A stretch of DNA of 64,000 nt from an uncultured virus (IMG/VR IMGVR_UViG_3300010355_000481) (IMGVR_UViG_3300010355_000481); one strand, 5' to 3'. Shown: positions 10,066 through 20,948, counted from the first letter of the stretch. Numbers and translations are program-made. Notes: a model not told the origin generated them from the letters alone.

Positions 10066-13000
10066 TATCTTGGTGAATTAGTTTGTTTAATATTCGCTAA
10101 GTAGAAAATATGTTTATGGGCTCCTGATATTGTTTTTTCTAAATGTAGTTTAGAATGGGTATGACGTATCTTCTTTTTTTGATATATGTTTTTTTCGTAA
10201 TGTATTGCATCTGGGTTTACTGCAAACTTATAACCATTAGGTTCTGTTATTAACAGTGGTATTGATACCCCGCTATATTCCCCCCGGTCTTTTGTAATAT
10301 CGTGAAAGTGATTAAATCTGAACTTTTGTTCTTCTTTAGAGTAGTGTATATCGAAACCACCTTTCACTGTATTTATAACATCTTTATCCAACTTCAATAA
10401 TTGAGACATTTTTTGTTTCTCTTTTTTATTTAAATTAAGAAAACCTGTAATCTGTTCTGTATTGTAAATCAAGGCTTTATCATACGTTGTATCTAATACA
10501 TGGAATTTATCCATACAGTCATTCTTGTATAAGAATGTTTCAGCTTGATACTCAATATTTCTAAGTATCTCGACGTTCTGCCCATTGTTGATAGGTATTG
10601 TGAAACTGTGTGGAAAATCCACGCCATAATAATTACAGAACAGATCACAGCGATCGTTGTGGATATGTACAGAAGATTTACCATCTTTATTGATTATTGA
10701 TAAGAAATGATTCTCGGTGTTAATATATGCGGACGGGTGGTAATCATGAAAGCTTACGAAAAATTTTAACGAAGGACTATAAGATATTGTCCAACTAGCA
10801 TCATTGAAATACGTACTATCTGTAAGTTGAATTACTTTTCCGTCGATACTGAATTCATTCTTTTCTACTGAATATATTACATTATTTTTATATATATCCT
10901 TTAATTGGTAATCTTTTTTCGTCAAGTAGTATGTTTCAAAGCTTGGGTCGTAGGCCGAAGTTAGACCAACACCTACCAGCGGATTATCGGAATCGACAAA
11001 TTCAGGAAATTGAGCAAGTAATAGTGACGGTAGATACTTATCAAAAAAGTAATATACGCCGTCTCGAGAAATCTCATTAAGCGTGTTTGTGTAGTTGAAG
11101 AGGTTTCCTTTACGTTGTGATGGATAGAAGAATCCATGTTTGGTTTGGTTGAATGCAAATCTTGATTGACAGTTTCCATAGTTATCATTGGTTGTTATTA
11201 AAGGACGAGGTTCACGTATAATGGAACCGTCGCCTAAATATACAGTTTCATTATTAATAGTTTTCATTTCTGCACGTCCAGGTGTAATATATGGAGATGC
11301 TTTATCAAATAAAAATATAAGTTGTTGGTTATCGATTAATTTGATCGCCGTCAAATAACCGAACTCTGCTTGAGAGAACGGGAATGTATTATTCGGTAAG
11401 AAATTTAGCCAGTTGTTGAATTTCTGATCTTTGAATGCAGGTAATGAGTATGCAATCTTATTGCGGGCATAATTACCGCAATCTAGCGGTGAATAATCTA
11501 AACTCTGTTGATAAAACTTTTCGATATCATTAAGTTTAGAATACGTTTTATCATATATGAATGATTCAAAATGACGAGATTCTCCTTGATTCTCGAACAA
11601 TTTACTCATATTATTATTTCTCGTATAGAAATCTGGTGTCTTTTCCCAATCACGATATTCTAAGTTATAATCAGATTCTACTATATATTCCATCACGGCA
11701 TTTACAGACGTATAGAAGTATTGATTATTTACGGCGGAGAATCCTTTCTTATTTTTACAATCAAGATTATACTTTTGTCTTGGTAAATTTGATTCTTTTA
11801 CGTTAGTACTTGAACCAGAAGAAGTTTTAGGTACGATATCTAAGAATTCGTATTGAGAAGTATCGATCCAATATCTTGGATTTGCGATAGCTCTAAAGTT
11901 ACGATAATCATATACGAAACCGTCCGGTTGATCATACAATGGGTGTGTAAAGAAATCCGTAGGGTTATTCGATGAGAATTTATTAATATAACAATCTCCG
12001 CCAAGTACCATACTAATTTTGTATGTAGTGTTTACCGTAGGATTTTTCGCTGCAGTAATTACTTCGGCACCAGTGCTTACATATTTAATAGAATCTAATT
12101 GTCCGTACTGGTTTGGTATAGTTCTTTGGATAGTACCGTAATACATTTTAGCTTGGGTATTTACATCTACTTTAAATTCTCCACACTTTTTTGCTTTAGA
12201 AATAGTCGTATGAGATGTATCTCCCTTAATTGCTTCTACACTTTTATTAACTCGGACAAAAACATTGTCTTTCTTATATAAATTATTGTAATATGTATCT
12301 GACTTATCTTGAATACTATTTAATTCTTGTGACAAGTATTGATAGTGTTCAATTCGGCGACGTTTTTGTTCTGGTTTAATGCATGTTGATTTATTAAAAA
12401 ATCCATGGGCATTATATTGAATAGCATATTGTTTCCAAGCGGAGAAATTATAAACAGTTTCAATTACTTTCTGGGCTGTTTCTGCTGCGTAAAACGCAAA
12501 GGCACCAAACTTAGCTACAGTTCCTAATGCTTTTAAAAGTGCTTTAGATACTGCATTACTAGCTCCTGCGTCAATATTACCAATTGATTGTAAAATATCA
12601 TTACATCGGGTAACTTGAGCCATATTAGAATAGTTCACTGTAGTAGCCCCTCCAGTACCAGCATTGACTTCCGTAGTTAAAGATCCTTTTTTGTAAGAAG
12701 NNNNNNNNNNNNNNNNNNNNNNNNNNNNNNNNNNNNNNNNNNNNNNNNNNNNNNNNNNNNAATAATAAAGTACGTTATCAGATATTAATTTAGCTTTTGG
12801 ATGCTTAAATACTTCTTCAAAATATCCTTGAACAGTAGCTGTTTCTATTGATTCAAAGGTTACGTAATCCCCAAATCCTACACGATTGAAGTATGCATGT
12901 GGGCCGAAGAACGTAAATTCATCAGTCTTATAGGTAGTTAAGCCGACATAATCTTTTTCACCACCTGCTTTTAAGTATACAGGTTTTTCTGAAAGTAATG

Positions 13001-14687
13001 TATCTTTTCCTAAATAGTTGAAAGGGTAATTTGTATATTTTACAGTCTTGGTTTTATCTTTATACTCACGTACATTTGAAAACATACCTCTGGCGATCAC
13101 CGTACGGTTGTTTGCTCTATCCCCTCTGTAAATTTTAAAGCCGGCAATATCTTTTACTGGTACACCATTTTCATCTAAAGGGTGAGGGATATTCTCGAAC
13201 GATACTGCAAGAATTCTTAAGTAGACTTGTCCTGTTTTTTCATCTACACGATATCGTGCACTTTTACATTCATCTGGGAACTTATGGTGACGAATGGGTG
13301 TACATGCTAAATCCCCAAACATTTCTACGTTATCTGGGTACAGATCTGTAGATTCTGTGTACGCCATCTTACCTCTAGCAACTAGTCGTTTATCGCACAC
13401 TGTTTGAGTTGCTACTGGTTTTTCTGAATCAGCTGTATTGTATATTTGGAAACGTTTATTAGGTTTTTCCGTACCGCAATTAACGGTACTGTCAAATACG
13501 TCATTTCCATATACAATCTGTAGGTCTGAATCTTTTGCAGGTCTTCCTACAATATGGTACAAATCACCATGCTCTCCATCTGTATAGAAGGGTTGAATAG
13601 AAAATGGATAGGATTCGTTTCTGTAATATCCAGGATCATTATTTTCTTTATAGAAATCTACAGGCACTTCAATAACCTCGTAGAAAGATTCTATTTCAAG
13701 TGCTTGCTTTTGATAATTTAAAGGCGGACGAGTAGAAACCCCACCTAAGAATAGATATTGGTCATTAGCATTTAAGTAGTCGGCTTTTTGATAATATGTT
13801 TTCTTGACGGTAATTTCTTCTGCAGGAATATTTATATACGACGTATTTGTATTTGTCGTTATAGTGTGGGTTGTTTGTGAAGTATTGTATTCCCCTACTA
13901 TTTGGTATGTAGTAACTTCATCAATAGTAGAAATTAACATCAATTGGTATTGATTAAAATCTCTATCTAGGTTATCGATATTGAGTTCGATCGATCCGCC
14001 AAAACCTTGATGATCCCACACTGCAAGTGGGTTTGTTACCGAAAAAGCATCTGTTACTCTAGAACCATTGTTTGAGTAAGCAATAGCTAATTGATATACG
14101 CCATTCTTTAGATTACCAAATGAAGTCTTCGTAGCTCTAATTACAGGGATATTAAACTTTTTGGTAAAGGCTAATTCATTGCAATCTAATTGATCAAAAT
14201 ACTCTTTTGTTTTGCATGCGTCATCCTGTTCTGTATACTGTAATGGTATTTTATCAACATTAATTACTCGAAGTTCATTAAGTTGTCCATCAGCCCAATG
14301 TACCGATTCAGTACAATCATAGTTCTCTTTTGCTACGGCAAAGATTGGGTTGCTAGTTTTAAAACCTAAACATGGATCATTCTTCAGTGTCGTATATGTA
14401 CACTTTTGTTCATCAAATATTCCAATTTCCGAATCTACATTATTTCCTGTAAATACTAAATACCTACTGTCTTTTAATTTAGCAGACCCAAGGTATGTAT
14501 AAGGAAAATCTACGCAAAATTTAGTAGCTGGTTCATTCTGTAATTGTACGATATCCCCCAGGTGAGAATTAACTACCACATTTCTGGCATATACCCATAT
14601 ATCTTTAGTACCATTCAGATCTGAATAGTCCATTACTAATCCTTTACTCGGGGCTAGTGTTTCAATTTCTATAGGGTTATCAGGCAA
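10065..14687 (-). CDS. Tail stabilization (muzzle) protein, crAss-like
   Basis: About 1540 aa, beta-rich; N-terminal KGLVMD...YARNVV...LQNEP pattern; follows the ring-protein genes; spans the N gap. Confidence 0.75.
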   Translation of the reverse strand: MPDNPIEIETLAPSKGLVMDYSDLNGTKDIWVYARNVVVNSHLGDIVQLQNEPATKFCVDFPYTYLGSAKLKDSRYLVFTGNNVDSEIGIFDEQKCTYTTLKNDPCLGFKTSNPIFAVAKENYDCTESVHWADGQLNELRVINVDKIPLQYTEQDDACKTKEYFDQLDCNELAFTKKFNIPVIRATKTSFGNLKNGVYQLAIAYSNNGSRVTDAFSVTNPLAVWDHQGFGGSIELNIDNLDRDFNQYQLMLISTIDEVTTYQIVGEYNTSQTTHTITTNTNTSYINIPAEEITVKKTYYQKADYLNANDQYLFLGGVSTRPPLNYQKQALEIESFYEVIEVPVDFYKENNDPGYYRNESYPFSIQPFYTDGEHGDLYHIVGRPAKDSDLQIVYGNDVFDSTVNCGTEKPNKRFQIYNTADSEKPVATQTVCDKRLVARGKMAYTESTDLYPDNVEMFGDLACTPIRHHKFPDECKSARYRVDEKTGQVYLRILAVSFENIPHPLDENGVPVKDIAGFKIYRGDRANNRTVIARGMFSNVREYKDKTKTVKYTNYPFNYLGKDTLLSEKPVYLKAGGEKDYVGLTTYKTDEFTFFGPHAYFNRVGFGDYVTFESIETATVQGYFEEVFKHPKAKLISDNVLYYXXXXXXXXXXXXXXXXXXXXXSYKKGSLTTEVNAGTGGATTVNYSNMAQVTRCNDILQSIGNIDAGASNAVSKALLKALGTVAKFGAFAFYAAETAQKVIETVYNFSAWKQYAIQYNAHGFFNKSTCIKPEQKRRRIEHYQYLSQELNSIQDKSDTYYNNLYKKDNVFVRVNKSVEAIKGDTSHTTISKAKKCGEFKVDVNTQAKMYYGTIQRTIPNQYGQLDSIKYVSTGAEVITAAKNPTVNTTYKISMVLGGDCYINKFSSNNPTDFFTHPLYDQPDGFVYDYRNFRAIANPRYWIDTSQYEFLDIVPKTSSGSSTNVKESNLPRQKYNLDCKNKKGFSAVNNQYFYTSVNAVMEYIVESDYNLEYRDWEKTPDFYTRNNNMSKLFENQGESRHFESFIYDKTYSKLNDIEKFYQQSLDYSPLDCGNYARNKIAYSLPAFKDQKFNNWLNFLPNNTFPFSQAEFGYLTAIKLIDNQQLIFLFDKASPYITPGRAEMKTINNETVYLGDGSIIREPRPLITTNDNYGNCQSRFAFNQTKHGFFYPSQRKGNLFNYTNTLNEISRDGVYYFFDKYLPSLLLAQFPEFVDSDNPLVGVGLTSAYDPSFETYYLTKKDYQLKDIYKNNVIYSVEKNEFSIDGKVIQLTDSTYFNDASWTISYSPSLKFFVSFHDYHPSAYINTENHFLSIINKDGKSSVHIHNDRCDLFCNYYGVDFPHSFTIPINNGQNVEILRNIEYQAETFLYKNDCMDKFHVLDTTYDKALIYNTEQITGFLNLNKKEKQKMSQLLKLDKDVINTVKGGFDIHYSKEEQKFRFNHFHDITKDRGEYSGVSIPLLITEPNGYKFAVNPDAIHYEKNIYQKKKIRHTHSKLHLEKTISGAHKHIFYLANIKQTNSPR
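12701..12760. other. Assembly gap (60 N)
   Basis: Run of n; true gap length unknown. Confidence 1.
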
Positions 14688-15117
14688 GTTTTTTTAATTT
14701 AGATGGGAAATTGCTTTTATAAATAGGTATATGAAGTTTTTCTGCGAGGTTTGTAACCATTTCGGTTAAATGGCCTACTACCCAACACATATTCTCGTAT
14801 TTACTATCTTTCCCTGGTAAGTCAATATTTCGTGCTTCTAGTATGAATGCCGCCAAGTGTGTGCACTCGTGGGCAATTATATTAGGGGTCAAACAACGGT
14901 AACTGAATATTAGCCCGTATCTGCTGTTATCTATATAATCTCCGGCTTTGTTTTCACATACGACCGTATATGCGTCACCGTCAATTAGATCCTCGTCGAT
15001 ATCCCATTTTTTATACAAACCTTTCAAAGCCTTTAACGGTGTTTCCGTAAAGATAATTTCCAAGGTATATTCATACTTGGAATCTGTATATAGGTATCTT
15101 TGTTGAGGTAATCCCAT
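14680..15117 (-). CDS. Zincin-like metallopeptidase domain protein
   Basis: IIAHECTH (HExxH) with a downstream Glu (YENMC). Confidence 0.55.
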   Translation of the reverse strand: MGLPQQRYLYTDSKYEYTLEIIFTETPLKALKGLYKKWDIDEDLIDGDAYTVVCENKAGDYIDNSRYGLIFSYRCLTPNIIAHECTHLAAFILEARNIDLPGKDSKYENMCWVVGHLTEMVTNLAEKLHIPIYKSNFPSKLKKLA

Positions 15118-16007
15118 TAGTATCTTTCGAACATTTTATAGTACTTGTTATAGAAATTTTCTCTTTTACCTTTTGCGTATTCTAATATTTCAGTATACTC
15201 TGGCATATCTGCTAATTTCATAGCTTCGTTACGAGCAATTGTTCTCATATCGATCGCGTACTTTAAACGTTGGGATACGTCGGCATCATTGTTCATCATA
15301 TAATTTTCTAACATACGAGCTTTCACGCTGTATTCATAGAAATCATTGATCATTGGGTGGTCTACAATTATTAGGTCCCCGTTTTCATTAACCATGTCTG
15401 TCACATAGCTTAAGTACAATTTGCCCTCCTTAATACCGTCAAGTGTCAGTGTATTCTCTGACACATCTAAAGTATATTTGTACTTATCGGAAGTTATCAT
15501 CGTGTTTAAACAGTTGTCGGAACAAAATCTGTAACTCTTTTTTGTTAACTTAACAGGAAGACAAGTTTTATATGTATACGTAACATCCATCGGTTGGTAC
15601 TCATAAATCTTGTAGCAATGCCCACATAATGTAGTATTCGTACCACAAGGACATTTCTTAGGGCATGCGTCACAAGGTGATGAAGTATTACATGATACAA
15701 TTTCCGGTATCAACTTTGGGGCATCTACCGATTGAGATGTAAACATTCTTACCGGCTCTTGGCAAAGTAAAGCTAATTGAAGATACTCGAAATCGTCAGG
15801 GAGTGTTACTTTATGGTTCTTAATATCGAGCATTATTTCTTTCTCGGCATTAATCTTTAAACCGATATCTGCATTTACTTTACGTATAATCTTGATATAC
15901 TTACTTCTATCGACCATACCAGCATCTGCAAATGTATCCATATCAGACTCTACACTGGCCATCAGTTCGTCAAAGGTCTTATATTTTATGTGATCTAATT
16001 TTGACAT
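15117..16007 (-). CDS. Tail ring/tubular protein
   Basis: 296 aa; TLPDDF motif; position just upstream of the muzzle gene. Confidence 0.6.
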   Translation of the reverse strand: MSKLDHIKYKTFDELMASVESDMDTFADAGMVDRSKYIKIIRKVNADIGLKINAEKEIMLDIKNHKVTLPDDFEYLQLALLCQEPVRMFTSQSVDAPKLIPEIVSCNTSSPCDACPKKCPCGTNTTLCGHCYKIYEYQPMDVTYTYKTCLPVKLTKKSYRFCSDNCLNTMITSDKYKYTLDVSENTLTLDGIKEGKLYLSYVTDMVNENGDLIIVDHPMINDFYEYSVKARMLENYMMNNDADVSQRLKYAIDMRTIARNEAMKLADMPEYTEILEYAKGKRENFYNKYYKMFERY

Positions 16008-16690
16008 TATTGACTGGATTTATTAATTTCTTCTTCTTGGTGTGGTGGAATCTGCGCCAAGGTGCTTGCTAATTCTCTTATTACGTAATCAATTACCCCT
16101 GATTGAATGTACTCAGGTACAGGCCATTTATCATCTAATTTTGAAGTACAAACTGGTTCGGTTTCTTCTCCATCACATTTGTTGTACTTATCAACATTAT
16201 CCTTAAATAACCCACTTACTGTTATGAGTTTCCAATTTAAATTGGGAAAGTATAAATACCCATTTCGGTAAAAAAAGTATAAAGTCTTATCAAATTTGTT
16301 GTTGATCTCTTTCTTGCGTAACCATTCAGCTAATTTAATTGGTTGTAATTCTTGAGAATAATCGATCGAGGTTACTGATCTGATAAGTACTCCACTAGAA
16401 TCTTCATACAAAAATGGCATCTTATCCTTTGTACGCTTGATCGTACAATTGGATTGGAATTTACAACAATCATCTGTCGTCGGGACATCTATAAGTTCTT
16501 GGCAGTCTAGTGTCTGCCATATGGCATCTATCTTAGTCAATCGTTTCTTATCAGATTCTTCTTTGATAGCTTTGGCAGCACGGTCGTCAAGTAATGCATA
16601 GATGTACTTATTCGTCACCCGAGCATCTGCGTGCACCAGGCGAAAATCATTACGTACCCTACTTATTGCTCCTCCAATTGTTATACCCAT
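16007..16690 (-). CDS. Tail ring/tubular protein
   Basis: 227 aa; YFFYRNGYLY motif; translationally coupled within the tail operon. Confidence 0.6.
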   Translation of the reverse strand: MGITIGGAISRVRNDFRLVHADARVTNKYIYALLDDRAAKAIKEESDKKRLTKIDAIWQTLDCQELIDVPTTDDCCKFQSNCTIKRTKDKMPFLYEDSSGVLIRSVTSIDYSQELQPIKLAEWLRKKEINNKFDKTLYFFYRNGYLYFPNLNWKLITVSGLFKDNVDKYNKCDGEETEPVCTSKLDDKWPVPEYIQSGVIDYVIRELASTLAQIPPHQEEEINKSSQ

Positions 16691-17223
16691 TATGTTTTAC
16701 TATATCGAGAGATAGCTTCTCTTGCTGTTTTATAATAATCTTCTCTATACATTGCCGAACGGTATCGTTTATGAAATGTATGGAAATAGAAATAGTTCAA
16801 AAATTTGTTCATGTACTTTCCTTTATTCCTCCATATAATATGCTTAAATGTCGGTCTATTGGTTAATACAAAGAATGTTTTATTAGGTGGTTCCCCTATA
16901 TAGAGTTCTCCTAATTGCTCTGGTAGTTTTACTCCGTTATGATTCTCTTCCATTTCCAAGAAGATTTCATCCGCTATCTTGGCCCAAGTTTGTTCATAAT
17001 CTCTGATAAAGAATTTTGGTATGAAGAACTTTTTATTATTAGGGTCTTCACGCCAAGCTTTATAAGATTCCTGTACTACGAAATATCTTAAAGGACTATC
17101 TGAAAACTTTGGCATTTTACTCATATCCTCTACTAAAATAGGATACTCATAAACGTTGCCTCGTTTCGCAAACTTCTTCAACATATTCTCAACTCTAAAA
17201 CTTTTCTTTTCTTCGTCTGTCAT
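16690..17223 (-). CDS. Hypothetical protein, possibly IHF/HU-like
   Basis: GVKLPEQLGELYI resembles the IHF beta-turn; crAss-like phages have IHF-like genes next to tail genes. Confidence 0.4.
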   Translation of the reverse strand: MTDEEKKSFRVENMLKKFAKRGNVYEYPILVEDMSKMPKFSDSPLRYFVVQESYKAWREDPNNKKFFIPKFFIRDYEQTWAKIADEIFLEMEENHNGVKLPEQLGELYIGEPPNKTFFVLTNRPTFKHIIWRNKGKYMNKFLNYFYFHTFHKRYRSAMYREDYYKTAREAISRYSKT

Positions 17224-17244
17224 AATAGGTATTTACCCCCAAAG

Positions 17245-17259
17245 CTACAATATAAGGTA
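17245..17259 (-). promoter_or_regulatory. Candidate late promoter TACCTTATATTGTAG
   Basis: Same motif precedes the scaffold and portal genes. Confidence 0.5.
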
Positions 17260-17297
17260 CTCATTTTAAATATGAAAGGGAATTAATTTTTAAAATG

Positions 17298-17322
17298 AAA
17301 AAGCCCCCGAATGGAGGCTTTA
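17298..17322 (-). terminator. Intrinsic terminator
   Basis: AAGCCTCCATTCGGGGGCTTTTT hairpin plus U-tract. Confidence 0.7.
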
Positions 17323-17346
17323 ACGTTTTTCATTGCGAAGGATGGT

Positions 17347-18654
17347 TTACTGAAACCAGACATTTTCTGATTTAACATTTTTAGAATCTTTTTTAAACTC
17401 TTCGATTACGGCCCCTGAACCTGAGAATCCATAATTTAACGCGATATAATCACTTGTACCCATTACAGAAGGGAAATTAAGGTATCTACCAAATTTACCG
17501 AATTGTTCGTTCTTTAAGTGAAGATCACCTTTATATACGTGGTTGTATTGTTCTGTAGGGTTATGTTTACGATGTAAGAAGTATTGATTAAGCCAATTGT
17601 CTAACTTTTCGTCGAGAATAGATTTCCAACCAAATTTCATTAGTTTTTCATCTTTACCATGGACCATGGCGATATTGTGCTTACCGAATGAATAAACTTC
17701 GATAAACTTCTCTTGGTGAATAAATTCTACTTGTGGATACTGTGCTCCAATATACAGTTCAACTGCTCTTGTAGCCATATATGATAAATCTACGCCGGCG
17801 TGATTATCATTTAGGCAAGATATTACTTTGTACTTTTTTGATAAACCGGATTCAAACATAGTTTTGTAGTATGTCGCCATACTTTCTACGAAAATATCAA
17901 ATTGATCTTTATTTGATTCCGACGGTACATCATGCCCTTTACGAGTAGTTTGCCCCTGCCATGAATTAATACTGTCCCCGAGATTTAATAACCAAACTTC
18001 TTCGTAAGTATTATTACCTGCAAATTCCATCGTAGCTTTCGTAAACTTATCTAAACGACCCATAAGTATGGCTTTCGAATATTCGGTAGGGAAAGGTGTA
18101 TGTTCATTACCTACGGAACCTGCATGGATATCAGCTAAAGTTAATGTCAGTAATTTATTGGTATTTGGAGTTACTTTTGGTAATTTGAAAGTACCAGTTT
18201 TAGGTAAAATTTGCGATAAACGTTTTTCTAATTCTTTACGTGAATAGAAATCTTTAATTGCAGTTACAGTTAATACTGAATATGTCCATATACCATTTTT
18301 GTGGGATTTGGACCATATACGATCTACGCGAACATTAACCCCGTCGGCACCTACTAATTCAGCCAATTGATCTGAATTTAATGGATAAGGGGATTCGACA
18401 GTTTGTTTGTCTTTCCCATTATGGGAATCTGTATTTGTAATTGTTGGTTTATCCACTGGAACTCTTGTTGCTACTTTTGCTGCAACTTTGGAAGTTGTAC
18501 CGAATACTTTTTCTTTACAGAAATTGATTTCTTTTGCATTTAAAGTACTATAGATAGTATTTGAACTGATTAAGTTTGACGGTCTAATATTTTTATGGTG
18601 AGGGTTAATTGACATGTTTTCAATTGCCCTCTTAATTTTATTGGTTATTCTCAT
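17347..18654 (-). CDS. Calcineurin-like metallophosphoesterase
   Basis: ADIHAG, NLGDSI, DNH, VHGK and GDLH motifs. Confidence 0.75.
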   Translation of the reverse strand: MRITNKIKRAIENMSINPHHKNIRPSNLISSNTIYSTLNAKEINFCKEKVFGTTSKVAAKVATRVPVDKPTITNTDSHNGKDKQTVESPYPLNSDQLAELVGADGVNVRVDRIWSKSHKNGIWTYSVLTVTAIKDFYSRKELEKRLSQILPKTGTFKLPKVTPNTNKLLTLTLADIHAGSVGNEHTPFPTEYSKAILMGRLDKFTKATMEFAGNNTYEEVWLLNLGDSINSWQGQTTRKGHDVPSESNKDQFDIFVESMATYYKTMFESGLSKKYKVISCLNDNHAGVDLSYMATRAVELYIGAQYPQVEFIHQEKFIEVYSFGKHNIAMVHGKDEKLMKFGWKSILDEKLDNWLNQYFLHRKHNPTEQYNHVYKGDLHLKNEQFGKFGRYLNFPSVMGTSDYIALNYGFSGSGAVIEEFKKDSKNVKSENVWFQ

Positions 18655-19001
18655 TTTGCTTTTTTAGAGTGTTCGTAAACAGGGTTTAAGAAATTTTTTT
18701 CATAGTCTTTGGTTAGGGACTTTAATTCCTCGTAATGTTCAGCTATAGATGCATGTTTTTCATGTACTAATTCTGAATTTTCTACACCTTGTCTTTCATG
18801 TTCTGAGATAATCAAGATGTTTTCTGGGCAATATCTGAGTTCTGGGTATTTACTTTTAGGGTAAATAAAATAAAACCATTTACTGTCTATTTTACCTTCT
18901 AAGGGTACTCCTGATAGTTGAGAAACAAACCCCCTCTCATTTAGGAGGATGTAAAATAATAACCATTCTTTTAAGTTATTGTTTTTACTAGTTTCTATCA
19001 T
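18651..19001 (-). CDS. Degenerate HNH-like protein
   Basis: PKSKYPELRYCPENILII resembles phage HNH proteins, but the first His is replaced. Confidence 0.4.
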   Translation of the reverse strand: MIETSKNNNLKEWLLFYILLNERGFVSQLSGVPLEGKIDSKWFYFIYPKSKYPELRYCPENILIISEHERQGVENSELVHEKHASIAEHYEELKSLTKDYEKNFLNPVYEHSKKAK

Positions 19002-19275
19002 AAATAGGAGGTAAGTGTTTGATTAGTGTACCATCTTTTGATAAAAGTTGTACATTGTATTTACGTTTAATTTTGTATTTATCTACGTAATAATTAATGA
19101 CGGTGTGTAAGACTGCCATTATGTTTACCGATTGACGCCAAATCGGGAAGTTTTCCAAAAACACTTGAGTACTTACCTTTTGACCTGCTGGGGCATTTTC
19201 CATATAATATTCTAGAAAAACCTCGTCGGAATAACGGTTCGTATCATAGTATTTTTGGAAATCTTCCTTATTCAT
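18988..19275 (-). CDS. Hypothetical protein
   Basis: 95 aa ORF in a coupled operon. Confidence 0.6.
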   Translation of the reverse strand: MNKEDFQKYYDTNRYSDEVFLEYYMENAPAGQKVSTQVFLENFPIWRQSVNIMAVLHTVINYYVDKYKIKRKYNVQLLSKDGTLIKHLPPIYDRN

Positions 19276-19469
19276 TAGGCTTGGCTTGGGGTTTGTTCTT
19301 GGTTAGCTTTTACTTTAGCTAAATGATTTTGCTTGATCGTCTTAAACATTTCTGTTTTCTTAAACTTACGTACCGTAGTTTCGGCAGCTTTAGAATACTT
19401 TACAATTGAACTTACTGATGCTCTTGTGTAACCTGGGTTCTTCTCTAAGAAGGTTTGAATTTTTTTCAT
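19275..19469 (-). CDS. Small basic hypothetical protein
   Basis: 64 aa; A-rich upstream region; coupled to the next gene. Confidence 0.6.
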   Translation of the reverse strand: MKKIQTFLEKNPGYTRASVSSIVKYSKAAETTVRKFKKTEMFKTIKQNHLAKVKANQEQTPSQA

Positions 19470-19675
19470 TGTTTTTTTTTAATTTTGAAGATTTGAATTT
19501 AATAAGCTACTGGCCGGTAAATAAGTAGCAGTGTTAATTGGGTCTACTAACATGTTGGTAGTTGTAAATAGGTTTTGTCCATTAGTTAGTACATTATTTG
19601 ACTTTTGCCCTACAAAAGTTCGTGGTTGTTCTTTATGGGTTACAGTTGTACTATTCTGTGTACTAATGGACGAGA

Positions 19676-19888
19676 CTAAAAAGGGCGGATAGCAATTTCT
19701 ATTTGATCTAATTCATTTTGTTTATCCGTAGGGACTTTCATACCTGCTGCCATAACTGCAGTGGCTTGATCTTTGGCTAAGATAGTACTTAGCTCTACTA
19801 AGACTTTAGATTTTAAACCTTCGTCTTTTGCTTGTTTTTCAGTTGGATGCCACAAGATAGCATATTGGAATAGTTTTGCAGTATTCAT
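19676..19888 (-). CDS. Small hypothetical protein; possible -1 frameshift extension to 19479
   Basis: 70 aa ending RPF on C CCT TTT TAG. Confidence 0.7.
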   Translation of the reverse strand: MNTAKLFQYAILWHPTEKQAKDEGLKSKVLVELSTILAKDQATAVMAAGMKVPTDKQNELDQIEIAIRPF

Positions 19889-19948
19889 TATTAAAATTTT
19901 TGTAGTGTAAATTTAATCTTTTTAGATTCTAAAAATGTTATCATGATG

Positions 19949-20158
19949 TTATACTATTGAACCATAAATTTTAAAACCAGCTAATGTATTTGCTTGTTTC
20001 ATATAATGGTAGATTTCATTTTCCCATTCTTTGAATAGTTTCTTTTTTCTTGCGTCAGGTCTTTCCTCATACAACTTATCAACCATTTCTGTATTTTCAA
20101 TTACAGTGTCGAAAATCTTTAACTTTGGTTGCTCGTCTTCTTCTGGCATGTTTGGCAT
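19949..20158 (-). CDS. Hypothetical protein
   Basis: 69 aa ORF in operon. Confidence 0.55.
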   Translation of the reverse strand: MPNMPEEDEQPKLKIFDTVIENTEMVDKLYEERPDARKKKLFKEWENEIYHYMKQANTLAGFKIYGSIV

Positions 20159-20502
20159 AATTCGTAATTTAAAGCTGAATTTTCTTTGTTACCGCTAATC
20201 ACATCTAAATCATCCTGAGATAATTGTTTTTTGTGTTTTAAGATAACGTCGCACCCATTACAAAGCTTAACCGGTTGACCGCCATTGGTTTTGTAAATAC
20301 CAATTAATTCGATAGGTTTTTCTTCTACTACTTCAACTGTTTCGTCAAAACTTTTATTTGTGACGTCCGTTTCTTTGTTTAAGATTAATGGGGATGTTCT
20401 TCTCTCTACGCGATGAATTTTATCTAAATTCAGTTCGAAAATCTTTTCAAATTCTTTTAATACTTCTGGGTCTGCCGTTATAAGATAAACTCTTGTTTCC
20501 AT
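20119..20502 (-). CDS. Hypothetical protein with CxxC pairs
   Basis: CNGC and CQTC motifs. Confidence 0.55.
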   Translation of the reverse strand: METRVYLITADPEVLKEFEKIFELNLDKIHRVERRTSPLILNKETDVTNKSFDETVEVVEEKPIELIGIYKTNGGQPVKLCNGCDVILKHKKQLSQDDLDVISGNKENSALNYELCQTCQKKTSNQS

Positions 20503-20948
20503 TATTTTTTATTGTTTAATTTTGAGATAAAATATTTTCCGATGGTCCCATTAAGAGTTGGGACTTTATGAACTTGATGTAAGATCATCTGTTCTATTTC
20601 TTTAAATGAGTGATTATACTTATCGTAAGTAAATTCGATAATATCTCGTTTAAATATATCCGTACCGTGCTCGGCTATCAGATTAAGTATTTCTTTAGAA
20701 GAAGACCAGTACTCTTCCCATTTCATAGGGGTACTTACATATTTGATCTTTTTTCTATTATTCCCGTCGGCAGCTTTATCTTTTTTGGTTCTGAGCGTTT
20801 TCCGTACGGATGTGAATTGTTTTTTACCGATATATATAGCGCCAGGTTTGTGTGTACCTACCTGCTTAACTAAGGTTAATTTATAAATAAAACCAAAAGC
20901 CCCTTCTGGAGCTTCTGTTACTTTTTTATGCTTATATATCCAACTCAT
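20502..20948 (-). CDS. GIY-YIG-family endonuclease
   Basis: GFIYKL...IYIGKK, YWSSS, downstream E and N residues. Confidence 0.7.
   Translation of the reverse strand: MSWIYKHKKVTEAPEGAFGFIYKLTLVKQVGTHKPGAIYIGKKQFTSVRKTLRTKKDKAADGNNRKKIKYVSTPMKWEEYWSSSKEILNLIAEHGTDIFKRDIIEFTYDKYNHSFKEIEQMILHQVHKVPTLNGTIGKYFISKLNNKK

Noticed and set aside
12701..12760. Possible insertion in the muzzle gene
   Set aside because: Assembly gap; content and frame continuity cannot be judged.
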